DNA of 64,000 nt from Candidatus Latescibacterota bacterium (GCA_965219455.1 OZ244744.1:4032001-4096000); one strand, 5' to 3'. Numbered from the stretch's first letter, positions 48,910-59,149 are shown. Program-made: numbers and translations. Notes: generated by a model not told the origin, from the letters alone.

Positions 48910-50346
48910 TCAGCTGGCTTTGCGGCCGGCCTGGTAGGTTGCGTACCGGTCCGGCAGGTTGATTTTGACCTGTTCTTCCAGTTCCTCGTCCGTAATTGCG
49001 CTCATTCGACCATGAATTTCGTACTGATCCATAACCCACCGGGCGATTTTGTGCACTTTGATTTTGCTGAGCCGGGCGTTGCCCTTGAGACCCAGGAACT
49101 CATTGACCCAGAGGGCAACCCCGTCGACACCGGTTTTGTCCGTTATCGCCACCCGAGGTGGTCGTCCGAACAGGGCGGTGGTATCGAAAATGTTGTAGAT
49201 GCGTTCATCGGAACGCAGGCCGCCCGCGTGGATACCGGCCCGCGTGGTGTTGAAGTCCCTGCCAACAAACGGGTAGTTTGGAGCGATGTCAACGCCGATG
49301 GAACGCATGTAGTCGGCCATTTCCTGGATCATCAGGGTATCGATGCCGCAAAGGCTTCCGCGCAGGCCGATGTATTCGAGTATCGCACCTTCGAGGGGAG
49401 GGTTGCCGGTGCGTTCGCCGAATCCGAACAACGTGGTGTTGAGGGCATTGCAGCCGTAGAGCCATGCGGTAGCCCCGTTTACATGAACTTTGTGGAAGTC
49501 GTTGTGCCCATGCCATTCCAGGCAATCGTGCGGAACCCCGCCGTCGTTGGTCATCCGGTAGATGAGCTTGGGAATCGAGCGCGGGAGGCTTGCGCCGGGA
49601 TAGCTGATCCCGAAACCCATGGTGTCGCAGAGCCGGATCTTGGCGTGGAGTTCCGGCGGCACCTGCTCGGAACGGCGCATCAGTTCCTGGACAAATGGCA
49701 ACACGTAGCCGTCGATGTCCGCCCGGGTGACGTCCTCCAGGTGGCACCGCGGCCGTATGCCGGATTCCCAGGCGGCTTCGACGACCTCCAGGTAGTCGTT
49801 GAATGCCTTCCTGCGGTCTTTTTTGAGTTTGTAAAAGATGTGATAGTCGGAACTGGGCGTGAGCATCCCGGTTTCTTTAACGCCGGCTTCCCTGACCAGG
49901 CGAAAGTCGCCCTTGTCGGCACGGATCCAGGAGGTAATTTCGGGAAAACGGTGTCCGAGCGTACGGCATTCTTCCAGGGTGCGCCGATCATTTTTGGTGT
50001 AGAGGAAGAACTCGGTCTGGCGGATAATGCCGTTCGGCCCGCCGAGTCTGGCCATCATATCGAAGAGTTTGACCTGCTGTTCCACGGAATACGGCGGGCG
50101 GGCCTGCTGTCCGTCGCGAAAGGTCGTATCGGTGATGACGAGGTCGCGGGCGAGGGCTTCCTCCGGATCGAATCTGACGAGCCGGTCTCCGATTTCTTCG
50201 TAGAGGGGGCCGTCAAACAGAATTTTGGGCGGCAGGTTGTAGTCGAACTGCTCGTCGAGGAGGTTCGGCTCGCCGACTTCGATCAGGTCTCCTGTTCTCA
50301 CGGGATACACTCCTGGCATGATCGGGGACATGGTTGCCGGTTTCAA
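48910..50346 (-). CDS. DRE-TIM metallolyase, Re-citrate synthase-like
   Basis: ITDTTFRDGQQARPPY, SDYHIF, RCHLEDVTRAD, LEWHGHNDF, GERTGN, FNTTRAGIHA; start uncertain. Confidence 0.8.
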   Translation of the reverse strand: MKPATMSPIMPGVYPVRTGDLIEVGEPNLLDEQFDYNLPPKILFDGPLYEEIGDRLVRFDPEEALARDLVITDTTFRDGQQARPPYSVEQQVKLFDMMARLGGPNGIIRQTEFFLYTKNDRRTLEECRTLGHRFPEITSWIRADKGDFRLVREAGVKETGMLTPSSDYHIFYKLKKDRRKAFNDYLEVVEAAWESGIRPRCHLEDVTRADIDGYVLPFVQELMRRSEQVPPELHAKIRLCDTMGFGISYPGASLPRSIPKLIYRMTNDGGVPHDCLEWHGHNDFHKVHVNGATAWLYGCNALNTTLFGFGERTGNPPLEGAILEYIGLRGSLCGIDTLMIQEMADYMRSIGVDIAPNYPFVGRDFNTTRAGIHAGGLRSDERIYNIFDTTALFGRPPRVAITDKTGVDGVALWVNEFLGLKGNARLSKIKVHKIARWVMDQYEIHGRMSAITDEELEEQVKINLPDRYATYQAGRKAS

Positions 50347-50588
50347 CCGCTTACGTACTGTGCGATGAAGTCGATGGCGCCACCCACGGTTTGTACGGCC
50401 AGAGCTTCATCTTCGTCCATTTCTATATCGAATTCCTCTTCAAAGCCGGCCATGAGTTCTACGGATTGTACGGATTCAGCGCCCAGATCGGCGGTGAAGC
50501 TCTGATTGTCTCCGACCTCCGCAGTGTCGATTCCGAGAACACGGGATATGACCCGGTACACGCCTGCCTTAATCTCTTCGCGATCCAT
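50343..50588 (-). CDS. Acyl carrier protein
   Basis: 81 aa, acidic, DLGAES(VQSVEL)...FEEEFDIE...TVG. Confidence 0.88.
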   Translation of the reverse strand: MDREEIKAGVYRVISRVLGIDTAEVGDNQSFTADLGAESVQSVELMAGFEEEFDIEMDEDEALAVQTVGGAIDFIAQYVSG

Positions 50589-50662
50589 TTGAAACTCCGT
50601 GAAAATTCGAGGAAATTGAGTGCATTCCCCATCGTGGGGCCGGGGAACGGTGGTCTCTTGGT

Positions 50663-51421
50663 TCAGACCACACTGGATTCAAGTCTTGAAGCCGCGTTGC
50701 GGTCCACAACAAATGTGCAGTCCGGGTGGCTCTGTAGCAGGCTGGCCGGGCAGTCTGTTGAGGGCGGCCCCTCCAGAGCCTGTGCAATGGCGCCGGCCTT
50801 CTGGGAACCGGTGGCCAGCAGCAGAATACGCCGTGCCTCTCGGATAGTGCCGATTCCCGCCGAGAGGGCGAATCGGGGGACGCTGCCGGCATCTTTGAAG
50901 AAACGGCCGTCGCTGTTCGCTTCGATTGTGCTCGCAGCGAGGTTGACGAGGCGCGTGCGGCTATCCACGGGGCTGCCGGGTTCGTTGAAGGCGATATGAC
51001 CGTTGGTGCCAATACCGAGCAGCCACAGGTCGATGCCGCCCGCAGCGAGGATTTTGGTTTCGAAGGACCTGCATTCGAACTCGGGATTGGCGGCCGTACC
51101 GTTCAGGACGTGGGTATTCCACGGGCGAATGTCGATCTTCCGAAATAAGCGATCGTTCATGAAATAGCGGTAGCTCTGGTCGTGATCGCCATCCAGGCCC
51201 CAGTATTCGTCAAGATTGAAAGCGGTAACCCTGGCGAATCCGAGACCCTCGTTACGATGCAACTCCGCGAGTCTGGTATAGGTCTGTTCGGGTGTGGATC
51301 CGGTGGCCAGTCCGATCACCGCATCCGGCCTGACGCCAATCAGATTTGCGATGATTTCCGACGCTTCTGACGCCACCTCGGCGCTGGTCTCGCATACTTT
51401 GAGCTTGATGCTGCCGGCCAT
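50663..51421 (-). CDS. nagB: Glucosamine-6-phosphate deaminase
   Basis: GLATGSTP, FNLDEY, QSYRYFM, GIGTNGHIAFNEPG, PASLLQ.H. Confidence 0.95.
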   Translation of the reverse strand: MAGSIKLKVCETSAEVASEASEIIANLIGVRPDAVIGLATGSTPEQTYTRLAELHRNEGLGFARVTAFNLDEYWGLDGDHDQSYRYFMNDRLFRKIDIRPWNTHVLNGTAANPEFECRSFETKILAAGGIDLWLLGIGTNGHIAFNEPGSPVDSRTRLVNLAASTIEANSDGRFFKDAGSVPRFALSAGIGTIREARRILLLATGSQKAGAIAQALEGPPSTDCPASLLQSHPDCTFVVDRNAASRLESSVV

Positions 51422-51465
51422 TGTAGCCCTTTCATTTCCGGACACCAGGGTCCCTGACCGCAAAC

Positions 51466-51485
51466 CGCCATTTCGAGAAATGGCG
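51466..51485. promoter_or_regulatory. Operator-like palindrome between divergent nagB and DUF4954 genes
   Basis: CGCCATTTC-GA-GAAATGGCG. Confidence 0.35.
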
Positions 51486-51704
51486 AGGGATTATAAAGGA
51501 ACGCCAATATACCAAAAGGTCAGATTGATGTAAAGGATTTTGCCCGGAGACATGGAGTGACTGAATGCGCCGGGAAAGCGTTGGAAAACGCTTGCCGTCG
51601 GACACGGTCCTGAATATCTTTCCCGTCTCCCGAATCGGTAATGACCGGTTTTTTAGTGAGATACGAGCCACTGAATCGAACCATAGAAGGAGGTTGAGTC
51701 ACAT

Positions 51705-53627
51705 ATGGCTGGCTATCGTGCGCTTTCCGCGGCTGAGATCGCGGTTCTGGAACGGAACGGGTGCGCGGCTGCGGATTGGTCGAAGGTGGTTGTGAAGCGC
51801 GGATTCAATCCGGATCGGGTGAAGTATGTCGTTTTTTGCGGAAGGGTAAAGATCGGTGCTCTGGAGGGCACGGTGTCTTTCGCTGGCGTGGATTTACCCG
51901 CTGAAATTTCGCACGCCACGTTGATAAACTGCGAACTGGGGGATAACGTGCGGGTGACACGGGTGCATAGTCATCTCGCGAATTACCGGGTTGGCGAAGG
52001 GGCGGTCGTAATCGATGTGGGGCAGATGACGACCGGCGCCGGTGCGACATTCGGAAATGGCGTGGTCGTGGAACCGGTTAACGAGGGGGGTGGGCGGGAG
52101 GTGCCGATGTTCAATGAGATGTCCAGCCAGTTCGCCTACCTGATGAGTATGCACCGGTATCGAACCGAGATGACGGCCTGTCTCCTGGCAATGGCAGACG
52201 CATTCGTCGCTGGGATAACGTCGGATGTGGGCGTGGTTGGCGACCGCGCCGTCGTCGCGCATGTGAATGAGATTGAGGATGTAAATATCGGTCCCCGCGC
52301 GGTGGTCACCGGGGCGGCCATGCTGAAAAACGGCACCGTCCTGAGCGAGGCGGATGCGCAGACGCGTATTGGCGCATCCGTTGTGGCCGAAGATTTCATT
52401 ATTTCCGAGGGCTCCCGCGTGGAGAGTGGCGCTATTATTAACCGGTGCTTTATCGGACAGGGAGTAGAGGTCGGGAAGCAGTTTTCGGCCGAGAATTCCC
52501 TCTTCTTCGCCAATTCGGAGTGCTTTAACGGCGAAGCCTGTGCGGTGTTCGGCGGCCCCTACACAGTGACGCACCACAAGAGCACGCTGCTGATCGCGGG
52601 GTTGTTTTCGTTCTATAACGCCGGTAGCGGGACCAACCAGAGTAACCATATGTATAAGCTCGGTCCGGTGCACCAGGGTGTGCTGGAACGCGGCAGCAAG
52701 ACGGGATCGTCTTCCTATATGCTTTTGCCGAGCGCCGTGGGGCCGTTTACTGTCGTCATCGGCAAACATATGACGAATTTCGATATTCGGGATCTGCCGT
52801 TTTCCTACGTCGTTGAAGAAAACGGAGCGAGTTTTCTTACGCCTGCGATGAACCTGCACACAGTCGGAACGGTTCGCGATGGGGAGAAGTGGCCAAACCG
52901 GGACCGGCGCACGGCTTCCCTAAAGCGTGACCAGGTCCGGTACGAGGTATTCAGTCCCTACACGGTCGAGCGGATGATGCGGGGAGAGGCGCTGCTGACA
53001 GCGCTGTACGACGAAACGCCGCGTGAGGTGGTCCACGTGCGTCACAACGGGGTGAGGATACGGCGGCTGGTGTTGCGCCACGGCATCAGGAATTACGCGG
53101 CGGCGATCGACATGTACCTCATTGGCAAGATTCTACAGCGATTGGCGGAGGGAAAGGCGCTGGGCCCGGATGAAGGCGAAGTATACGACAAGCGTTGGGC
53201 GGACGTGGGCGGTCTATTGCTTGCCGGGGCACGGTTGGCCCAAATTGAAAGGGATATCGTGTCCGGAAGAATTGACGCGGTGGCGGCTTTCAATGCGGCA
53301 TTCGAGTCGGCCAACCGGATGTACGAAAGGGATGAGTGGGCGTGGGTGCGGCGGGCGTTCCGGACCCGAAACGGCACCGGCGTGGAAGCGCTGGCGGCGG
53401 AGGACATCGAGAAATTGAAAGCAACGCACCGGAAAGCGCATGCCTCGTCTACGAAAAAGGTGCTGGCGGATGCGGAAAAGGAATTTGGCGCCGCCGCCGC
53501 AATCGGTTATGGCGCCGACGGCGGCGAGGACGAGGTGGAGGCGGATTTCAGGGCCGTGCGCGGCGACTTTTCGGGAAACGCGTTTGTGCGGCAGATGCGC
53601 GAACGTGGCGCGAACGACGGGGTTTGA
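51705..53627 (+). CDS. DUF4954-like protein (left-handed beta-helix region)
   Basis: NEGGGREV, ENSLFFANS, GPYTVTHHKSTLLIAG, GSGTNQSNHMYKLGP, KWPNRDRR. Confidence 0.82.
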   Translation: MAGYRALSAAEIAVLERNGCAAADWSKVVVKRGFNPDRVKYVVFCGRVKIGALEGTVSFAGVDLPAEISHATLINCELGDNVRVTRVHSHLANYRVGEGAVVIDVGQMTTGAGATFGNGVVVEPVNEGGGREVPMFNEMSSQFAYLMSMHRYRTEMTACLLAMADAFVAGITSDVGVVGDRAVVAHVNEIEDVNIGPRAVVTGAAMLKNGTVLSEADAQTRIGASVVAEDFIISEGSRVESGAIINRCFIGQGVEVGKQFSAENSLFFANSECFNGEACAVFGGPYTVTHHKSTLLIAGLFSFYNAGSGTNQSNHMYKLGPVHQGVLERGSKTGSSSYMLLPSAVGPFTVVIGKHMTNFDIRDLPFSYVVEENGASFLTPAMNLHTVGTVRDGEKWPNRDRRTASLKRDQVRYEVFSPYTVERMMRGEALLTALYDETPREVVHVRHNGVRIRRLVLRHGIRNYAAAIDMYLIGKILQRLAEGKALGPDEGEVYDKRWADVGGLLLAGARLAQIERDIVSGRIDAVAAFNAAFESANRMYERDEWAWVRRAFRTRNGTGVEALAAEDIEKLKATHRKAHASSTKKVLADAEKEFGAAAAIGYGADGGEDEVEADFRAVRGDFSGNAFVRQMRERGANDGV

Positions 53628-53710
53628 AAAGACGGGCGTGTCCGTTGAAGTCCAGACCATGCACGTGCAGGGTGCATGGCGGGGGAATTCAGGCCGTGAA
53701 CAAGCAAGGT

Positions 53711-54673
53711 TCAACAGATCATGCCCTGTTTCGCGCGTATTCCGTGAGCCGGTGGGCGGGTCCCGATCCAGCGTTCGTCCTGCGGTTCGGAGGCGAGTTG
53801 ATAGCGGGAGTCTGAGGAGATGCGGATACGGTCGGTGTGGTTGTCGGAGCTGGCGTGCAACGTGTGCATGGAGAAGACGAGCACGTCGCCCAGTTTGTAG
53901 TCCGCCGTCAGCCAGCGGCCGCCCAGATCGTTTCGAGCCTGAATGGCGTCGGGCGCAAACGAACCTGTGGAATTCCAGCGGATTCGGGACTGCTCCTCGC
54001 CGGTGAGATCGCGCGCTTGCACCCTGGCGGTTTCAACGATCCGCCTGGCCTGATTTTCGTTCTCGCAGTATTTGTCTACATCGGTACGTGCGTAGGTGTG
54101 CCGAAGGCGTTCGCTCTTGTGTGAATTCTCCAGGATAATCAGACCGCCCATTTCAAACGGTACGTCGCCGAGCGGGGTCCAGGAAGAGTAGAGGTTGGGG
54201 GTGCCGCGGCCCATGTAGACCATGTCGTAGTGGGGCTGGGTGGGTGACGCGGCACCCGGGGCTTTGACCCGAAACCATGTATAGTCGAAATGGGTGACGG
54301 GACCCCCCAGGAATCGTTCGTAGAACCGGATCATGGGCCCGTCGTAGAGTACTTTCATCAGTGCCGGATTATCGAGTGTGAAGTCGAACATGGTGCCCAG
54401 CCCGCCGCCGGGTTTGTATTTTCCGTCGAGCAGGGGACGGGTTTCATCCACTGAGCCCAGCCTGGCAAGACGCTTCATCACTCCCAGGCGCGCCGCCAGC
54501 GTTTCTTCGGGGTCGAGGAGTCCTGGCAGGTAGAGGTACCCGTCTTCGGCCATGCGGGCGTGGAGCGAGACCGGATCATGCGACAGGTCGTCCGAACGCC
54601 GCAACTCGCCGGCGTCACTGACGGATCCGACCAGCGGATTCCCGCGAAAGGTCAGGTCAAGCAGGGCGTTCAT
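53711..54673 (-). CDS. PhyH-family dioxygenase (canonical HxD)
   Basis: DGYLYL, PHYD, WTPLGD, LHAS, RISSDSRY. Confidence 0.85.
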   Translation of the reverse strand: MNALLDLTFRGNPLVGSVSDAGELRRSDDLSHDPVSLHARMAEDGYLYLPGLLDPEETLAARLGVMKRLARLGSVDETRPLLDGKYKPGGGLGTMFDFTLDNPALMKVLYDGPMIRFYERFLGGPVTHFDYTWFRVKAPGAASPTQPHYDMVYMGRGTPNLYSSWTPLGDVPFEMGGLIILENSHKSERLRHTYARTDVDKYCENENQARRIVETARVQARDLTGEEQSRIRWNSTGSFAPDAIQARNDLGGRWLTADYKLGDVLVFSMHTLHASSDNHTDRIRISSDSRYQLASEPQDERWIGTRPPAHGIRAKQGMIC

Positions 54674-54815
54674 ACGAATCTCCTTGTTTTCGGTGCCCGT
54701 GAACCGGGAAGACGAAGTCAATACGCTTTCGACGCCGGGTCGTAATATGCCACTTTCGTTTCATGCTGTCAAATTCAATGCGGTGAACCGGTAGAAGCGT
54801 CACGTCGGTACCGGA

Positions 54816-55769
54816 TTACGGACGGTGCGTATCCGGTGGCGGGGATGTTACCGTCGCAAGCTGTTCGAGCGCGGCCTGCAGGGCGGATTCGACCGAAAGG
54901 GAAGGAAGGTGTCCGTCCGGGGCTTTCAGAACACGGGAGAGCGGATGCCGAGGCGCCCACGTTCCAGCGTCCGTGGGCCCGAACAGGGTGAGCGTAGGGG
55001 TGCCCACTGCTGCGGCAACGTGTCCCGGGCCGGAGTCGTTTCCAATGAACAGGTCGGCTCGGTGTAGCAGGCCGGCAAGGCGACGAAGGTCGGGAGGAAT
55101 CAGGCAGGGAAGGTGACCCTGCAGCTCATCGACGATGTCCCGTTCCACGGGTCCGCACAGGGCTACGACGCCTGCGCCGCGGATTTGGAGTCTGTGGGCA
55201 AGCTTCAAAAAGGAGGATAGCGACCAGCATTTTCCCCGGCCGCCGCTTCCCGGGTGAATGGCCACCAAAGGGGAGGGCAAACGGTGCTCTTTAAGGGTGT
55301 CGTCAGCGCGAGCCAATTCGTCCTGGTGTAAACGGATCCGGGGGTTCGGGTCGGACGTGGCAATACACAGCCTTCTCAGCGGCGCCAGGAGGTGTTCTAT
55401 GATGTGGATGCCCCCTTTCGGGCGGGGGTCGTGTACGATTGCGCGGCCTCTGACCAATTCCGTCAGACGGGATTGAAGGTTTTTCTCCGGGTCGACGGCG
55501 TAGGCCAGAAGCAAATCGACATTGGAGAAGAGAGCGCGGGTGCGTTCGGGAACCGGACCTGCGGGATTATATAGTCCGGCAATGGCGGCGCTGTTGATGT
55601 CGAAAAGGCCGTTTACGGGCGCGAGGCGCATCATTGTGGGGTTGCCGACAAGACGCAGGCTGGAGCGTGGGTAAGCCATACGCAGGGCGTACACCGCAGG
55701 GAGTGTAAGTACGAAATCTCCGATGGCGCCGCTTCGGACAAGCGTGATTTGTTCCGGGCTGACGGGCAT
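54816..55769 (-). CDS. Glycosyltransferase family 9 (heptosyltransferase-like)
   Basis: GAIGDFVL, IHPGSG, IGNDSGPGHVAAA, LFGPT. Confidence 0.9.
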   Translation of the reverse strand: MPVSPEQITLVRSGAIGDFVLTLPAVYALRMAYPRSSLRLVGNPTMMRLAPVNGLFDINSAAIAGLYNPAGPVPERTRALFSNVDLLLAYAVDPEKNLQSRLTELVRGRAIVHDPRPKGGIHIIEHLLAPLRRLCIATSDPNPRIRLHQDELARADDTLKEHRLPSPLVAIHPGSGGRGKCWSLSSFLKLAHRLQIRGAGVVALCGPVERDIVDELQGHLPCLIPPDLRRLAGLLHRADLFIGNDSGPGHVAAAVGTPTLTLFGPTDAGTWAPRHPLSRVLKAPDGHLPSLSVESALQAALEQLATVTSPPPDTHRP

Positions 55770-55846
55770 ACGAATGAGACCGCGTTTCGGTTATTTTACA
55801 TTCGTCTTCCGTTCGGGGTGGTGCATCAAGGGCCGGTAGGTGCCGG

Positions 55847-56533
55847 CTACGTTTCGTTCCAGCCTAACCCGATAAACGTCGCCTGGAGATCTTCCGTAGG
55901 ATCCGCGACCACGGCAACCCCTTCCCCGGTATATGGATGCAAAAATGCCAGCCGGGCGGCCATGAGCGCCAGACGGCACAAACCAAACCTGGTACGAACG
56001 AACCGGGTGTGCGCGCCGTCGCCGTACGTGGTGTCACCCACAACAGGATGGGAAACATGGGCCATGTGTTTTCGGATCTGGTGCATGCGGCCGGTCTGAG
56101 GAACGGCGCGTACAAGTGAGAAACGCGCGGTGTCGTGTACACCCACGGGTTCCTGAAGTTCGACCGTTCGCATGCGAATGAAGTCGGTGACCGCTTCCAC
56201 TGCTGCTTTTTTCTTGTGTTCACGCAGGGGGTGATCTATCCTTCCGGATTCAGGCGTGAATCCGCGTACCACGGCCAGGTATTCCTTTTGGATGAGGCGG
56301 TTTTCGAACAGGAGGCACATTTTCCGGGCCGCCTCGGAACTCAGGGCGAAGAGCAACACACCTGAGGTGGCGCGATCCAGCCTGTGAATGGTGTAAACGG
56401 AACGACCGAGTTGCCTGCCCAGCCTGGACATGCAGTTCGGTTCCCGGGGACCGAGTCGGGTGGGGTGTACGAAGATGCCGCTCGGTTTGTCAAGGGCAAC
56501 GTAGTGGTCGTCCTGGTAGAGGATTTTTAACAT
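55847..56533 (-). CDS. RluA-family pseudouridine synthase (TruC-like)
   Basis: DKPSG, HRLDRATSG, TGRMHQIRKH, GDTTYG. Confidence 0.88.
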   Translation of the reverse strand: MLKILYQDDHYVALDKPSGIFVHPTRLGPREPNCMSRLGRQLGRSVYTIHRLDRATSGVLLFALSSEAARKMCLLFENRLIQKEYLAVVRGFTPESGRIDHPLREHKKKAAVEAVTDFIRMRTVELQEPVGVHDTARFSLVRAVPQTGRMHQIRKHMAHVSHPVVGDTTYGDGAHTRFVRTRFGLCRLALMAARLAFLHPYTGEGVAVVADPTEDLQATFIGLGWNET

Positions 56534-56784
56534 AGTACTCTATTTTCGAAAGCCACGATTTCTTGGGCGGGCCCCGGCGCGCGGGCCGTTTCGGGGACTG
56601 CGTTACGAAAGTGGTGGTGCGGGCGACCCGTGATGTTCGTGCCGACGGGTTGAACGCAATCCAAAGCGCTTCCCATTGTCAAATTCAATTGCTCCTCCGT
56701 CAGACGGGTTATATATTTCACACGTTCTTTCCCGAGACAATTCTTCAAACCCGCGGTTCGAACTCCCCTAAGGAGGCTGACGTT

Positions 56785-57753
56785 TTGGGTTACGACTTTC
56801 AAGTTTTCACCGGCAACATCAACAGACCCCTCGCTGAGGAGATCTGTCAACACCTCGATATCAACCTGGGTGAGGCCGAAGTCACCAGTTTTCCGGGAGG
56901 AGAAACCGGCGTTCAGATCCGCGAGAACGTGCGTGGAAACGACGTCTACATCGTTCAGCCCATCTGCGGCAACGGGATACACACGCCCAACGACGCCCTG
57001 ATGGAAATCCTTATCCTCATTGACGCCGCCCGTCGGGCCTCCGCTCGGCGAATCACCGCCGTACTGCCCTATTACGGCTATGCCCGGCAGGACCGCAAAG
57101 ACAGGCCGCGGGTGCCAATCACCGCCAAACTGATCGGGAACCTCATCGTTACCGCCGGCGCCAGGCGGGTCCTATCGCTGGATCTACATTCCAACCAGAT
57201 CCAGGGATTCTTCGACATTCCCATGGACCACCTCTACTCCATCAATGTCTTCGCAAACTACCTGATGGAAAAGGGCATGGAAAACCTGGTTACGGTCACG
57301 CCAGACGTGGGCAACATCAAGATGACCCGGGCCTATTCCGAACTGTTGCACGCTCCCCTGGCCATTGTAGACAAACGACGCTCGAGCGGCACGCAAACCG
57401 AAGTTCTGAACATTATCGGCGACGTCGAAGGAAAGAACGTCGTGATCATCGACGATCTTATTTCCACCGGCGGGTCTCTTGTTGAAGCCGCTGCTGCGCT
57501 GAGAGAACACGGCGCTCTCGACATCAGCGCCGTAATTGTACATCCGGTGCTGGCCGGGCCCGCAATCGAGCGCGTGGAGAACTCCGTTCTCACCGAATTG
57601 GTGGTGTCAAACTCCATCCCCGTGCCGGAAAAGGTTCAGAATGGAAAGATAAAGGTACTCTCGGTGGCCTCCATTCTGTCGGAAGCCATCCGTCGCATCC
57701 ACAACGACGAATCCGTCAGCACCCTGTTCGGAGACGTTCAGGTCGAAGGATAA
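56785..57753 (+). CDS. prs: Ribose-phosphate pyrophosphokinase
   Basis: PYYGYARQDRK, DLHSNQIQGFF, IIDDLISTGGS; TTG start after AAGGAGG. Confidence 0.96.
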   Translation: MGYDFQVFTGNINRPLAEEICQHLDINLGEAEVTSFPGGETGVQIRENVRGNDVYIVQPICGNGIHTPNDALMEILILIDAARRASARRITAVLPYYGYARQDRKDRPRVPITAKLIGNLIVTAGARRVLSLDLHSNQIQGFFDIPMDHLYSINVFANYLMEKGMENLVTVTPDVGNIKMTRAYSELLHAPLAIVDKRRSSGTQTEVLNIIGDVEGKNVVIIDDLISTGGSLVEAAAALREHGALDISAVIVHPVLAGPAIERVENSVLTELVVSNSIPVPEKVQNGKIKVLSVASILSEAIRRIHNDESVSTLFGDVQVEG

Positions 57754-57851
57754 AGTCCCGGGTCACAACGGGGTGGCGTTGGCGGGAGCATCTCGAAAAT
57801 TGGAAAGAAATACCAGCTGTGTTACGTTCGGGATGTAGAAGGGTGGGCGCC

Positions 57852-58973
57852 TTACATCACAGCAGCTGCAACCGCATTGCCCACCCGCGGACGTAGAGAC
57901 GCCGCACCGTTCGGGTCGTTGGTAAACAGCACGCACGTCGTCTCCGTTTCGGGATCCACCCAGGCCACCGTGCCCGTCGCCCCCTCGTGCCCGAAGGTGG
58001 CGTCCGAAGTCAGATCACCGAAGATTGAGCTCACCCGGTCGCGCAGGCGCCATCCCAACCCCCAACGCTGTCGGAGTCTGTCACCCCGGGTCAGATCCGG
58101 CATCGCCGACGTCTGATCCGCCGTCATTGCGGCAACCGTTGCAGGCTTCAGAATGCTGATTCCGTTCGGCGCACCGCCGTACAGAAAGGTCTGACAGAGC
58201 GCCGTCATCTCCGCCGTGGTCGTCAACAGCCCTCCCCAGGGAGCGCCGAACCCTCTCCAGTAATCCGAATTCCAATTCCACGACTCGGCGTCCGCTCCGC
58301 CGTACTCGCCGCTGTGTATCTTCACGTCGGACTCCCGCGTGTTCCGCTTCCGAAGACCCAGTGACGTATCCTCGAGACCCAGCGGTTCAAAAAACCCCCG
58401 TCTCAAGAATTCCCGTATCGGCGTCGCCTCAACCCGCTGAACGATTTCGCCCAGCATTGCGATTCCACAGCTCTGGTAAGATATCCGTGTGCCGGGTTCA
58501 AATAGCAACTTCACCTTGCAGATTTGCTGTATAAAAACATCCAGCGATGCGTGTTCGGCCCGCAATGCCAGATTCTCCGGCAGCATGTCCGGCAGTCCGG
58601 ATGTGTGGGTCAGGAGATGCCGCACCTGCACACCTTCCTTGCCCGCCTGGCCGAACTCCGGTACAAGTTCCGCCACCAGGTCGTCCAGGCAGACCTCGCC
58701 GCGCTCCACGAGCAGCATGACCGCCGCGGCCACGATCGGCTTGGTAATGGATGCAATCAGAAAAACCGTATCCGGCTCAACCGGCGGCCCGTCGGGATCC
58801 AGCTTGCGGCGCCCGAAACACGCAGGTGGAAGGGCGACTCCGCCCCGGGATACCTGCAGTGCCGCGCCCATTAGCTCTCCCCGCACCACCGCCTCCTCCA
58901 GGATCCCGCAAGCCGTTTGGATGGCTTCCCCGGATAACCCGATCTCTTCCGGGTTTTCGGTCTGTCGAATCAT
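57852..58973 (-). CDS. Serine hydrolase, beta-lactamase class C-like family
   Basis: ASITK (SxxK), LLTHTSG, ISYQS, FGHEGATG. Confidence 0.88.
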   Translation of the reverse strand: MIRQTENPEEIGLSGEAIQTACGILEEAVVRGELMGAALQVSRGGVALPPACFGRRKLDPDGPPVEPDTVFLIASITKPIVAAAVMLLVERGEVCLDDLVAELVPEFGQAGKEGVQVRHLLTHTSGLPDMLPENLALRAEHASLDVFIQQICKVKLLFEPGTRISYQSCGIAMLGEIVQRVEATPIREFLRRGFFEPLGLEDTSLGLRKRNTRESDVKIHSGEYGGADAESWNWNSDYWRGFGAPWGGLLTTTAEMTALCQTFLYGGAPNGISILKPATVAAMTADQTSAMPDLTRGDRLRQRWGLGWRLRDRVSSIFGDLTSDATFGHEGATGTVAWVDPETETTCVLFTNDPNGAASLRPRVGNAVAAAVM

Positions 58974-58991
58974 AACGCCTCCCGCGCGTAT

Positions 58992-59117
58992 TTATCGTTC
59001 GGCCGTAATTTGCTCCAGGACTTCGCGAGTGGACTTGAACCCCGTACTGGTAACCACCATCACCACCGTCTCGTCTGTCGAAAACGCGCCGGCTGATTCA
59101 ACTTCAACGACGTTTGT
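58992..59117 (-). pseudogene. C-terminal remnant of a threonine-synthase-like PLP enzyme
   Basis: Minus-strand frame ...SAGAFSTDETVVMVVTSTGFKSTREVLEQITAER*, resembling the terminal ETVVhhhTGxGhK motif; upstream part absent. Confidence 0.45.
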
Positions 59118-59149
59118 TCACCCGAACGCCTGCCGGGTAAGGAGTTGAA

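Noticed and set aside
48712-50505. 597-aa plus-strand ORF
   Set aside because: Shadow of the DRE-TIM synthase and ACP
57852-58973. Antibiotic-resistance beta-lactamase
   Set aside because: No signal peptide; SxxK with LLTHTSG fits the broad esterase/serine hydrolase family
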